A DNA stretch of 63,240 nucleotides, filler included, from Octopus bimaculoides (GCF_001194135.2; 7 parts of 7 records of this genome joined end to end with filler, not necessarily neighbours in it); one strand, 5' to 3'. Shown: positions 1 to 12,594, counted from the whole stretch's first letter. Program-made: numbers and translations. The notes: generated from the letters alone by a model not told the origin.

Positions 1-68
1 AGGTAAGGATGTCAATAAGACCCAAAGGTGTCAGGTAATGCTGAGTAAGTGCTATGGATAGACTATAG

Positions 69-190
69 TTGGGCTTCCACACAGTTTCTTCCACCAAATC
101 ACTCATAAAGCACTAGTTGGCCCGAGATATTGTAGAAGAAACCTGTTTAAGATGCTGCGCAGTGGGACTGAAGGCAAAAACTTGTGGTTG
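69..190 (-). mobile_element. SINE family A, 5' part (tRNA-like head), diverged
   Basis: Reverse complement aligns by eye with the head of the copies at 42143 and 55926 (GTGGTTG...CAGTCCCACTGCG...CTTCTAC.ATA...GGGCC.AC...TTTGGTGGA.GAAACTG). Confidence 0.7.
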
Positions 191-459
191 TAAAAAAAAA
201 AACAAGAAAAAAAAACAAGAAAAAAAAAAACAAAAAGAAAAGAAAGGCATTCCGGTCTTCATCATCAGTTTTTTTTTTACTTTGAAGCATAGCGAACCTT
301 AAAATACATCTATGCTGGGAAACCTAGTTAGCTCGGCGTATTGAAATTTTAATGTATTCAATAATTTTGTGGATGGGATATCACTTTTATGCAGGCCAGA
401 GCAAGGAGGGGTTGTTGGGCCATACATTAACTGTCCCATTTATCATGCCATACACTAGC

Positions 460-1210
460 TATTTCCTTATATTGTACTCTGTCTATTCTGTTTACTGCAC
501 CATAAACAGGTTGTTCTATCTGTCAATCAAGTATTAACTTCGGCGCCATTACAAACTAGTCTATTGTTTATACACTGTATCTATATATTGCAAACGAGCA
601 GATGCTCTCTCGTTTCAGAAGTGTCGACATCGACAAGCTGCAAGAACGGCGAAATACGCACTTGTTGCTCTCGCTGTCGCTTCCGAGGCGAATATGTTTT
701 GCTTAGCTCTTAAGTATTTTTCCCGGACGAAGAACTGCTACTTCTGGCTTTTTAACGACATACATACGTTACGTAAGTTACATAGATGAAGATTTTATAT
801 ACTGGCTATTTTATTATACTATATACTCGCTGTCCTATTTACTATACCATACACTTGTAACTTACATTGTCTATTGTATTCGCTATACCATACCATACCA
901 TGCCATACCATACCATACCATACCAAAACAAAACAAAATAATATATGGCAAAATAAACAAGGCACTGGTCTTTGGTATAACATTCAATGTCTGATATACA
1001 AGAACAGTAGACTGGCTTTTCTTGTACATGTTTTATTTACTACACTATACACAAACTATTCTATCTACCTACCATACACCGGCTGTTCTGGCAACTATAC
1101 CATACATTGGCATTTCTATCTAATATCCTGTACACGAGCCGTTCTATTTACTATGCCGTACATTGTTACTGCTATTTATTATGCAATGTTCTAGCTTTCC
1201 TGTTTATTTT
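460..1210. repeat. Degenerate minisatellite-like array (CTRTTYTATTTACTAT/ACCATACAC units) with an embedded (ACCAT)n run
   Basis: Motifs ctattt(a)ctat, accatacac and ctggct recur many times; ACCAT pentamers at ~885-925. Confidence 0.5.
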
Positions 1211-1499
1211 ACCTAACACCAAGGGAGTAGCAACTCTTTCAATGCCTTAACAAGCCGTTTCCTTGCGATGAATTAAAGCTGCTTGAGTGATAACCTTGAG
1301 ATAGACTCTGTTAAATGTAGGCTGAAGTGATTGTTTGGCAGATGGTCCTGAAAGAGAGTCGAGGGAGAATCATTTGAGTTAAGGGAGTTAGTGGAAGCAA
1401 AACTGAGGTAAAATGAAGTCAAGGTGAAGGAAAGCAAATGGGGGGAAAACTGAGGTAGAGAGAGAGTAGTAAGTAGAATATAGTAAGACCCTCTGGACG

Positions 1500-1790
1500 T
1501 TGCTGTCTTGAGTATTAGGACTCATCGGACCGGTTATCCAGTTTCCATGGCCTATAAGTAACTAAGACCACAACATAGCATCCGAATAGGAATGGCTTTA
1601 ACTAGGGAGAGAGATTAAATCTATTCGGAAGCGGATCCGTCGTATGATTATTCATTTAGGGCTAAGTGAACTGGAGCAACGTTACACGAAGTGTTTTGTC
1701 CAAGAACACAACGTGCTACCCGGTTTGGATATCGAAGCCACGATCTCTTGATCGTGAATGAAACACCCTGACTACTAGGCCACGTGTCTT
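1500..1790 (-). mobile_element. SINE family D copy (tRNA head plus CORE-like TGTGTTCTTGGACAAAACACTT)
   Basis: Minus strand reads cacgtggcctagtagtcagggtg...ttcgatatcc...gttgtgttcttggacaaaacactt...gttgctccagttcact; homologous to 16615, 26383 and 57955. Confidence 0.75.
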
Positions 1791-1984
1791 CAATAGAGTG
1801 GGTGGAGATATGGTGAAAAGAAGTCAGAGTGAATAGAGACAGGAAGAAATAACTTAACAGAAGCAAAGCTCGGCTTGAGGGTTTCTATGCTCTGGCGTTG
1901 GATTACGGTTATAAAAATAGTGGAAAGTGAAAAATAGTAGGAGAGATTTAATAACGAGAGAATGATAAAACATTGGTGTATTTA

Positions 1985-2330
1985 TGGAGGTGCAATGGCC
2001 CAGTGGTTAGGGCAGCGGACTTGTGGTCGTAGGATCGCGGTTTCGGTTCCCAGACCGGGCATTGTGAGTGTTTATTGAGCGAAAACGCCTAAAGCTTCAC
2101 GAGGCTCCGGCAGAGGGTGGTGGTGAACCCTGCTGTACTCTTTCACCATAACTTTCTCTCACTCTTTCTTCCTGTTTCTGTTGTACCTGTATTTCAATGG
2201 GCCAGCCTTGTCACACTGTGTCACGCTGAATTTCCCCAAGAACTACGTTGAGGGCACACGAGTCTGTGGAGTGCTCAGCCACTTGCACGTTAATTTCACT
2301 AGCAGGCTGTTCCGTTGATTGGATCAACTG
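1985..2330 (+). mobile_element. SINE family B (tRNA-Arg-like head), cut by gap
   Basis: A-box TGGCCCAGTGGTTAGG and B-box GGTTTCGGTTCCC; high identity to 44875-45253. Confidence 0.85.
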
Positions 2331-2888
2331 NNNNNNNNNNNNNNNNNNNNNNNNNNNNNNNNNNNNNNNNNNNNNNNNNNNNNNNNNNNNNNNNNNNNNN
2401 NNNNNNNNNNNNNNNNNNNNNNNNNNNNNNNNNNNNNNNNNNNNNNNNNNNNNNNNNNNNNNNNNNNNNNNNNNNNNNNNNNNNNNNNNNNNNNNNNNNN
2501 NNNNNNNNNNNNNNNNNNNNNNNNNNNNNNNNNNNNNNNNNNNNNNNNNNNNNNNNNNNNNNNNNNNNNNNNNNNNNNNNNNNNNNNNNNNNNNNNNNNN
2601 NNNNNNNNNNNNNNNNNNNNNNNNNNNNNNNNNNNNNNNNNNNNNNNNNNNNNNNNNNNNNNNNNNNNNNNNNNNNNNNNNNNNNNNNNNNNNNNNNNNN
2701 NNNNNNNNNNNNNNNNNNNNNNNNNNNNNNNNNNNNNNNNNNNNNNNNNNNNNNNNNNNNNNNNNNNNNNNNNNNNNNNNNNNNNNNNNNNNNNNNNNNN
2801 NNNNNNNNNNNNNNNNNNNNNNNNNNNNNNNNNNNNNNNNNNNNNNNNNNNNNNNNNGAGAGAGAGAGAGAGAGAGAGAGGGAGAGAT

Positions 2889-2927
<39 letters not shown>

Positions 2928-3778
2928 GACAGAGAGAGAGAGATAGGGAGTTGGAGTTCGGTTAGATGTTGTTGTGGTGTGTTCCACATAAAGTACAAGA
3001 GACCGGTTAAACAGAGAACACGTTGACACAGCTGGTGATATCAGTTAAATTTAAAACTTTCTCGCTATTTGGTTCATTATCAATTATTTAATTAAAATTA
3101 CAAACTAAAATATTTATAGGGAATAGCAGTAAGAGTTTCTGATGCTAATGACTTCCATGGGAGCTTTGGCAGCGTATATAAAATGAAATGTCTTTAACTG
3201 CGAAGAGCAACCAAATCTATTTGCCAGTGAGTTCATATGCAGTTTTATACGTTCTGCTGATGGGGTTCGTTAAGACAGGAATATGTACGTTGCTGTCAAC
3301 GTTCTTGCTAGCGAAGATCAGATTATTTTTCCTTCCCGTTGCGAGTCTCAATGAATTCTTTCTTTATTATTGATAACTCAGTACGTCCATTCATACTTGA
3401 TCTATTTCAATCCATGTCAACAGCTTATTTGAGTTATTTTCATAATTCAAATTTGTTTTCTATTTGTGAGGAGCTTAATTCTTGAATTGCAGCGACCGTG
3501 TCTGTTATTTTGCTGCTGCTTAGCCTTAACTCAACCTTTATCCAGCAGACTTATGATTAACGGTATTTCAACCATGAATATCATGACCTTTTAATGGTTT
3601 GTGGGTTTGCACTATTGATGTGCACTTTCTATATTGAAAGCAGTAGAGTGTGATTGCAGGGAGAATTGTCGATTATTCTTAATTTTTTTTTTCCTGTGTG
3701 GGATAAATACATGATGGAACTTTAATTTCTTCTATCTTCGTCTGTATGTGTATACATACATACATACATACATATATG

Positions 3779-4100
3779 AGGACACCTATGGATCACTGAT
3801 AAGGAGATTGCAAATCCAGTACCCAAGATACGTTTCCGGCTTCATACCTACTATTAATAGAGTAACAGCATTTATAGCAATCCGCCTGGAGCAAGGTATG
3901 GCTGAACTTGGGATCTTGGGGAAAAAATTCAAATCCTTAATGCATGTGCTACAAATGTTCATGATATCTGAGACTATAAAAATCTGCAAGACCTTCTTAG
4001 AATTTAAAGTGTCAAAAGAAGATGCTTTCCTTCATAACCTTGTTACCAAGTAGGTGGTCGATTAAAATTTCTTCTAAAACTAAAAAAAAAGGGAGAAAAA
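3779..4100 (+). mobile_element. 5'-truncated REL-endonuclease LINE (R4/Dong-like), extreme C-terminus plus A-rich tail
   Basis: Translation YGSLIRRLQIQYPRY..FIP...ELGILGKKFKSLMHVLQMFMISETIKICKTFLEFK resembles the C-terminus of R4-clade ORFs; flanked on both sides by (TACA)n. Confidence 0.5.
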
Positions 4101-4341
4101 ACACATACATACATACACACACACACACATACATACATACATACATACATACATGTACATCATACAAACGCACACAAGCATGTATGTGTACGTACGTATG
4201 TATGCATGCATGTATGCAAGTACGTATGGATAGATGTATAATCTGTAGCGTACAGTAGTGAAAGAACAGACCCCTGTGCCTAATTCCGGTTTGCTTAGGT
4301 GATATCTGCGTCACTAGTGACATATAAATATATATAATACA

Positions 4342-4388
<47 letters not shown>

Positions 4389-4689
4389 ATATAAATGATA
4401 TATAAATATATGCATATATCCATATATATGTACATACCTACATCTCCCTCCTTTAACTTCTTTTTTGTGATATAATTCTTGGGAAAGAATACATTTGCGG
4501 CTGAAGATAGCTTTATACTATCAATTATATACCAATAATGATGCAACAACTATAAAGTTTGAAACACGTGTACCGCAGAATCCTTTGTGTCTTGTTTTTA
4601 TTTTTACATTTCCAATTTATTCCTTCACCCCGGCCACGATCTGGCATACACAGGTGCTTACAATTATCAAGTATTACCTCTAACATTTA

Positions 4690-5060
4690 CCCTACCTACG
4701 TGTATACATACATGCATATATGGGTACAGGACATAAAAAAAACGTTAAACAATGAAAAACGAAAACATAAAAACGAAAACATAAAAACGAAAGCATAGAA
4801 AACGAACTTTTTTCGAACAACGAAAAAAACAAACAAACAGAGAAACGAGACATGCAACATAAAGAATATACCCCTTCGTCAGTTGTCCCTGTTTCATCTA
4901 CTCCGCGTTTCGAAGGCAAGGACAATACGCGACTTCGTTGAAACAGTCCTTCCCGCAAAGCAAAATAAATAAAATTTGGGATTTTTTGCGGAGGGTGAAA
5001 GTGTTAACAAGAACAGGACAGTGAGAACAAGACAGTAAAAACAAACGGTGAGGGCTGTTG
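4690..5060 (-). repeat. Interspersed repeat, probable PLE pseudo-LTR; related to 10110-10400
   Basis: Shares TTCGAAACGC, CTGAYGAAGG, TTCTYTATGT and GTCCTGTACCCA.ATATGCAT blocks in the same order with 10110-10400. Confidence 0.5.
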
Positions 5061-5207
5061 AGCCAAGACGATAGAAAAATTATTATGAACGCTAGGTAGA
5101 TGAGCCATGAGGAGATAGGAAAAAGCACGTATTTTCTTTAGCAAGGAAGTGGACAGAAAGACAGATCCCCTCTCGTCACGTGTCAGCGACGAGAGAGTCA
5201 AGGAGGA

Positions 5208-5238
<31 letters not shown>

Positions 5239-7014
5239 TTGAACGGTGAAAGGGAAAGGGTGGGAGAGAAAAACAGAAAGGATGAACAAGAGAGGGGGAG
5301 AGATAGACAGAGAAGAGATAATATATATATATATAGTATATATAGTATATATATATAGTATATAGTATTTTCAGCCGATGAATGTTCAAGTATAAATATA
5401 TGTAAATATTTATATATTAACAGAGCAAACTTACACAGAGTATAAAGACACAGAAAATTAAAGGGGATGAGTATTATTCAGGAGACAGCTGTCCGGAGAT
5501 CTACAATTACAGGACCTCTGGTGGAAGTTCCTAATGTTGAGCAACCTTGCTCTGATCATATTAATGTTAAACCAACTGTAAAAATTATTATAGCCCACCA
5601 CATTTGCTAATTCATTCAGTCATCTTATGTTCCCTCTATATTATCTTGGCCTTGTTTCATGAGTGTTGGTGCGTTTGCTTTTAGGTAGCGACTAGTATCC
5701 CCTTTATATTTATAGTCACAACTTCATGGGATAGAACACACCATCACACGAGTATTGATAATTGCTTCTACAATTTCATGCTTTCCCTATAATTCCTCCA
5801 TATCAACATACTGAATGGTACAGGCATTGACAGCACCATCTTCATTGAATTCTCTAAAAGGTATTCCACTTGTTAGACTAAATTTCCTTAGAGAGGAAAC
5901 ATATCTGCCACAGAGACAAAAAAGAAACAAAACAATAAAATGAAGTGATTCAAAATTTATGACATGTAAAGGGTAAACTGGGTAAACCTGGCGTTCGCTG
6001 AAAAAAAAAAAGGTCCTTGAGCTTTCTCTCAAGTTGCTTTTCAGTTCAGCCATTACATTAAATAGCAAAATTATACTGAATGACTTAGTTTCTAGTGTTT
6101 CAATGGAATCTTAGACGAATTTATGAATGTGACGGAGAAAATACTAAATAAATGAATTAGAAATAAATCTCTGATGATTACCAGGCATTTCCTTAATCTC
6201 CCAAAAGACTTCCACAATGTTTGAGGATATTATCCCACTGCACAAACTCTAAAAACGACTTTTTAGGACTTTCCAGTATTTTATACCTTATCATTAGATG
6301 GCCGACGCGAGAACGATCAAGTCATAATATGGTGCTATTACACCATATTATTATAATGATCAACATCACAAATTAATAACATTCCTTTAATTGTGTTGTT
6401 CTTTTTGTCAAGATGCTGAAATACCCGTAAACTTAATATAACTATATATAGTTGTCTGTAGTAAATAGTCCAATTGTGATGTTCTTTTGGTTGAGATATT
6501 GAAATGGTTCTATACTTTGAGGACAATATTTCCAACATCAAATACAGTTTTTTCATAGCAAATCTTACTGCATTGTACAAAACATGGGCTCGATAATTTG
6601 CAAGATTAATGTCCCCCCACCATTTTTCAGTTTTAGACAAATACTGTTGTTTGCTGCAGATTATACTTCCATTATCAACAGTTAGTTGCCAATTAGTTTA
6701 GTTAGGAGTTAATTTGCTATTTCTGCTAATGATTCATTGTTATGGCAGTAAAAATCTGCACTTCCTGCTTAGAATAACAGTATCCTGCTATTTTAACTAT
6801 TAATCCTAGTTATTATTTCTAGCAAGTTGAATGACCTTGTATAGGCTCTCAGAGAAGCTACGGTAGCGACTAAGTTGGAAGAGAAAGCTATCTTTGACCA
6901 TTCTTCGAAAAAAAACCCGGAAAGAAGTAAACCATAGTATTTCAATGAGTGCCAAGGAAACCGGTTGCTGTTGTTGTTTATCCACAGATGAGCTTGATCG
7001 GGCAGATTTATGAC

Positions 7015-7150
7015 AAAAAGCATTCCAACTGCGATAATCAGTCATTTTTACCTGATATAACAAATCTACGACTACATTATTCAACGCATTTTACTTTTTT
7101 TTTTAAAGATATTACGGTGTGCTTTGATAGCGATTTTACTCCTATTTCTT
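7015..7150 (+). repeat. Interspersed repeat family E fragment (CATTCCA...GACTACATTATTCAA...GGTGTGATTTGA...CTATTTCTAGC)
   Basis: Same blocks at ~8105-8300, ~9050-9215 and inverted at ~57310-57440. Confidence 0.55.
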
Positions 7151-9049
7151 GAAGATCGAACAACCTTCCACAAACTCTCCAGCAAATTGATATACATTTA
7201 TCAAGATGGAAAAGAAAGAACCTTTGCTTATAAAGATGAAGAAAAGACAAAATGTTAGGTGTGTTTAGAAGAAGGATTAGGTAACAGTTGTATATTCGTT
7301 TAAGGCAAAAACCGCTGCAGGAAACGATGAACTACATTCTTTGATATACGTCACATACTTTGTACTGTAGTGAAGCTGCTTCTAAAATTCTAATTTTAAT
7401 ATACTTTTTATCAAAATGTGATTTTCAAGTTGCTTTTATTGTTGAACATTTAAAAACTAATTTTAATTCACTGTGAGAGAACGTTTTGTTTAACCCAGCG
7501 AGATAGCGTTCCCTCTTTGTCTTTTTCTGTCACCCTCACTCTTAAACTAAATGAAATCTGTTATATATTTCCAACATATATTCCTCTACTGAGACCGATG
7601 TTCATGTTATCGAAGTTCATATGATGAACGAAAATTAAAGAAATATCCTTTTCCACCTTTGTACATCTGTAGTTGTATGTTTATATGGTTAATTAATACA
7701 GAAATGCATAAATATATGTATAAACAAAAAAAGCAATGCAGAGAAAATAAGTTACAGAACCACATGTATTCGAATCTACAGTAAATTTTTCAGAATGATA
7801 TTTTCTAGTACATACTAGGCAGCACTAGAATATTATCAGATAAAGCCCAATTTTTTCTTACATGTTATATTCTTTTTACTACGAACGAGTTACTGTATAT
7901 TTCTTTGTCAACTTTCCTTCAACAGTCAACAGTTCTGTATCACTCAAGATTGTTACAAAACATGATACACTTTACACAATATCGCAGCCAAGGTTTCATC
8001 GTTTTGTGTTGATCAAGCTGGAGATGAAAGCGATAACAATGAAACGTATCGACAATAAGAGTGATAAATTCATGTTCTTACTATAGTTATTTATCCGCAG
8101 GTCAGCAGTGACCAAGCATAGACTCCATGATCAAAGACATTTTAACCGAGACAACCAGTCCTTTTACTATGTACAGGTAACCCGATACCACGACATCAAC
8201 GTGTTCTTCTTTTTTTTTAAAGGTCTGTGGAGTTTGATTTGAAAAGCATTTGACTGCTATTTCTAGCAGACAGAATCACCACATAGAGGCCGTTACGTTG
8301 GCTCACTATACTTACAACTCAATAAACAAGTGGAAAGAAAAACTTTCGGGAAACGTTAAATAACTTCTGGCAGTGTCTTCCCAATTATTGGTATTAGGAA
8401 TGTAACACTTTACAAAACTACCACGAGCAAGCGGGTACATTATTAAGGGATTGACTAAGTCAAGGTCATAATTTCTTTGTTGATATCTTCAAATTAGTTA
8501 GCAGCATTCTTGTCATAAAGAAACAACTTGACCTGGTTTTCACATTTATATAAAGCATAAGAATGGAATTCAACTAAAATATGTTTCTATTTGACTGTTG
8601 AACGAGGTAGAATTACACGTTTGACATGCTACATTTCTACCAATAAAAAAGTCTATTTCTTCTTACTCTACCAGATGAAAGATACAAAAACTTCACGATT
8701 AATGAAAATATACTGTGAAATGAGCGGTTTGTTGCAAAGATCTACAAGCAGCAAAACTATTTCACAAACGCGTTTGATGTTATATTTTTGGAAACAACCA
8801 TATCAATGATTTCTTAACGAAAAAGAACGAAGATGCCGATTATACATTACCTAAAATGGCATATTCAATCACTGAAGTAAAATACTAGAAAATAATTAGG
8901 AAGAAGATTAAACTGAGCAAACAAGTTTCGTTGAGAGGAGAACAACTTGTTGATTTTGTTGATTATAATTGTAGAGAAACTGAATAAATCATTCCTTCCC
9001 ATATTGATATCAATGTAAACTGAGGTAACTGGTCATTGTCAGCTTGATT

Positions 9050-9215
9050 ATAATGATCTATGATCTAGAGCATTCCATTCGGTCTTTTATCCTGATATAG
9101 TGCATCTAGGACTACATTATTCAATCTATCCTTCCTGTTATAAGACAGTTGGGTGTGATTTGATAGGGATTTGATAACTATGTCTAGCAGGTCGAGTGAT
9201 AACGTAGAGGCATCA
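9050..9215 (+). repeat. Interspersed repeat family E copy
   Basis: gcattccattc...ggactacattattcaat...gggtgtgatttgatagggatttgataactatgtctagcaggtcgag. Confidence 0.6.
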
Positions 9216-10109
9216 CGAAAAAGCGATACACTTAATAGGCTGGAAAAGAAACGACCTTGAATTCAGGATCATTAAAAAAAATCAGGAAAGAATTAAAATA
9301 TAAGGGATGGGGGTCTATTTAAAAAGCATATATAAGTCCCTAAAATACACTCACATAAGCATATACATCAAACTCGTACTCAAACTCACATACACTCGCT
9401 GACACTCAAAACACACACACATACACGCACACATGTGTAAACATGTGTTTACTAATTCATATACGCATTCACGTATCCTTCCCCCACCAAAAAACAAAGC
9501 ACAACCTCATCAACGCATTACCATCAACTACATGTTTATTTCGAGACAGTTTAACAGAGTTCGAAAAGGCTACTTTTTGAGAAATTCTAGAAATTCCTAT
9601 ATTTTGCAACGAAAAAAGAATGTCTGTTTTGATAATAACACAACAGTGGACTAATATAGCTAAATGAATTGCTGAAACTGACGTAGTTGGGAAACAACTG
9701 CATGTCTCAGCTGTAGGTCACAAGTATGAGTCATAGATGTAATCAACAGTTGTATTGTCATGTTTTATTTAAAGATTTGTTTTTATTAAAATGTAAACTC
9801 CACCCCACAAAAAACAAAAAAAAACAACCCAAAAACAAAAATAAAAACAAAAAACAAAGCACCCCCCCCACACACAAAACAAATAAACAAACAAAAAACA
9901 CAACCATAATGAAACAAAAAACAAAGAAAAACAAAACAATCGAATTCGTAAGAAACATCGGGGTTCTGCAAATCGTCTTGAGAAGCTCAATGAGTAATTT
10001 CATGAGTGCATTAATTTAGTCAACTACATACATACATACATACATACATACATACATACAAACATACAAACATACATACATACATACATACATACATACA
10101 GCATTTCTT

Positions 10110-10400
10110 GTTTATTTTCACTTTTTCGTTTTCCTGTCTTGTTTTCTGTCCGCCACTACATTCCTCCACGTTACAAATTTAATTTGTGGTCCGTGGGAAG
10201 AGCCATTCTAACAATGCATCCTGCCCTAACTCTTCGAAACGCTTAGTTTTAGAATGGTGGCAGCTGATGAAGGAATTGTTCTCTATGTGGCCCCTGTTTA
10301 TCATTTTGTTCACGTTTTTTGCAACGTCCTGTACCCAGATATGCATCTATATATACATGTAGATGTAGGTATGTACATACATGTACGTATATATGCATAT
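10110..10400 (+). repeat. Probable PLE pseudo-LTR-like repeat upstream of the Penelope fragment
   Basis: Homology blocks with 4690-5060; same orientation as, and ~260 bp upstream of, the PLE coding fragment. Confidence 0.45.
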
Positions 10401-10532
10401 ACTCACATATTATTTGTATTACATACATACATACATACATACATGATGGCTGCAAACTCGTGTTCGAGTATTGCCATCGTCTGATCGAAAGTCCCACACA
10501 TGCAAAGGCTACGACCAGCCATTATATATATA

Positions 10533-10596
<64 letters not shown>

Positions 10597-10657
10597 CGTG
10601 TGTACATATATATATGTCTATATATGTATCAATATATATATATATATATATATGTAT

Positions 10658-11905
10658 AAAATGTACGTTGCCTTATATGAAGTATCACTTCAAAAATATG
10701 GTTACCCATTTTACCTTTACATAAGAGAAAATTGGAAAAGGTACCTGGATGACTGTTTTATCATTTGGAAGGAGAACATTGACAAAATTTTGGATTTCAA
10801 ATCAATACTAAATGATATAAATAGTAGCATTCAATTCACAATGAAATATAACAAAGAACAGCTCCCATTTTTAGACATCATGATAAAAAAAATCAACAAT
10901 CAAATTATAACTGATATCTATTACAAACCAACTGACTCAAAACAATATCTCCTCTTTAGCTCATACCACACGAAACACATCAAAGTAAATATCCCTTTCA
11001 ATTTGGCATAAACGAATTGCACAACAGTGTCTGATAGAACTACTCGGGACCTTCGTCTTTAAGACCTCAAAACAACGCTTACTGAAAGACAATATCCACC
11101 CTCACTTATAGACGGGGGGATTAATTAAACGTGCCAAAACATTAGACATAAAAACAATAAGAACAACAAAACATAACACCACACCTCATCTCAAAACACT
11201 ACTGTTTATACCAACACACAATCCCAGAAACAGTGAGGTTTTCAACACTATTGTTAAAAATCTCCCTTTACTAACTAGAGATCCAAAAATGAACGACATC
11301 CTGAAAACGTACAAACCATCAAATGCAAAAAGCAACACAAATCGCTAAAGAGACTACTAACAAATGCCAAGCTCTACAAAACAACCACGAAACCAACGGT
11401 TAAAAAATGTGGACGCCCAAACTGTGGAACCTGCCCCAACTTACTTGAAGGCTCGGATTTCCTTTTCAAACAGAGATTCGCAATTAAAACTAGTTTCACT
11501 TGTGCCTCTGAGAACCTCATTTATGTAATAACCTGCTCAGTTATTACATAACCGAGCAGGTTATGGACACACTATATTGGACAGACTAGTATGACTTTGA
11601 GACGGAGAACCACTCTACATAAAGAGCAAATCCATTTCCTGCAATACAGGCAAATTCCTCTCAGTGAACATAGAGAAAAATGTGCAGATAACACCAAACC
11701 AAATTTCACAGTCTTCCCCTTCTACCAGTGCAAAGACATAATTTCTCCACAAGAACGTTTAAATGAAGAAACTTTTTCATCGAAAAATACAGAACACGCC
11801 TTAATATGCACGCACAACTAACTTTTATCTTTTTACATATTTCAATTCACGATTACATCACTGTATATAAATCCCCTCACTAAACAAGTTTTTTCGAAAC
11901 ATTTT

Positions 11906-11912
<7 letters not shown>
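10658..11912 (+). mobile_element. Penelope-like retroelement, 5'-truncated pseudogene (RT C-terminal half, Cys-rich linker, GIY-YIG endonuclease)
   Basis: WKRYLDDCFIIW (YLDD at 10742-10753), FTMKYNKEQLPFLDI, DIYYKPTDSKQYL, IPFNLA*RIC; KCGRPNCGTC; NLIYVITC (11516) and YIGQTS.TLRRR..LHK (11572); several stops and frameshifts. Confidence 0.93.
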
Positions 11913-11947
<35 letters not shown>

Positions 11948-12480
11948 NNNNNNNNNNNNNNNNNNNNNNNNNNNNNNNNNNNNNNNNNNNNNNNNNNNNN
12001 NNNNNNNNNNNNNNNNNNNNNNNNNNNNNNNNNNNNNNNNNNNNNNNNNNNNNNNNNNNNNNNNNNNNNNNNNNNNNNNNNNNNNNNNNNNNNNNNNNNN
12101 NNNNNNNNNNNNNNNNNNNNNNNNNNNNNNNNNNNNNNNNNNNNNNNNNNNNNNNNNNNNNNNNNNNNNNNNNNNNNNNNNNNNNNNNNNNNNNNNNNNN
12201 NNNNNNNNNNNNNNNNNNNNNNNNNNNNNNNNNNNNNNNNNNNNNNNNNNNNNNNNNNNNNNNNNNNNNNNNNNNNNNNNNNNNNNNNNNNNNNNNNNNN
12301 NNNNNNNNNNNNNNNNNNNNNNNNNNNNNNNNNNNNNNNNNNNNNNNNNNNNNNNNNNNNNNNNNNNNNNNNNNNNNNNNNNNNNNNNNNNNNNNNNNNN
12401 NNNNNNNNNNNNNNNNNNNNNNNNNNNNNNNNNNNNNNNNNNNNNNNNNNNNNNNNNNNNNNNNNNNNNNNNNNNNNNNN

Positions 12481-12515
12481 CATGAACAGCGAAAGCGAAA
12501 CCGGTCGATATATTA
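12481..12515 (+). ncRNA. 3' half of a minimal PLE-type hammerhead ribozyme (GAAA-CCGG-TC), 5' part lost in gap
   Basis: GAAACCGGTC at 12497-12506: palindromic stem III ACCGGT and GUC triplet; first sequence after the gap that follows the Penelope 3' end. Confidence 0.5.
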
Positions 12516-12552
12516 AAATTATGTAAAGTGTGTGTATTTTCCTTTTTTAATT

Positions 12553-12594
<42 letters not shown>

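Noticed and set aside
1985-2060. tRNA-like sequences (SINE heads, e.g. also 44875)
   Set aside because: They are SINE 5' ends continuing into repeat bodies; there is no complete cloverleaf with an acceptor stem.
2211-3029. Long ORF-track entries spanning N gaps (also 11842-12526, 18912-20240, 21737-22739, 25564-26490, 37591-38228, 39139-40087, 49537-50393)
   Set aside because: They are open only because N codons and dinucleotide repeats lack stops.
8591-9000. ORF with an acceptor-like TTCTTACTCTACCAG at ~8673
   Set aside because: No recognisable protein, stops in all frames, and no supportable donor.
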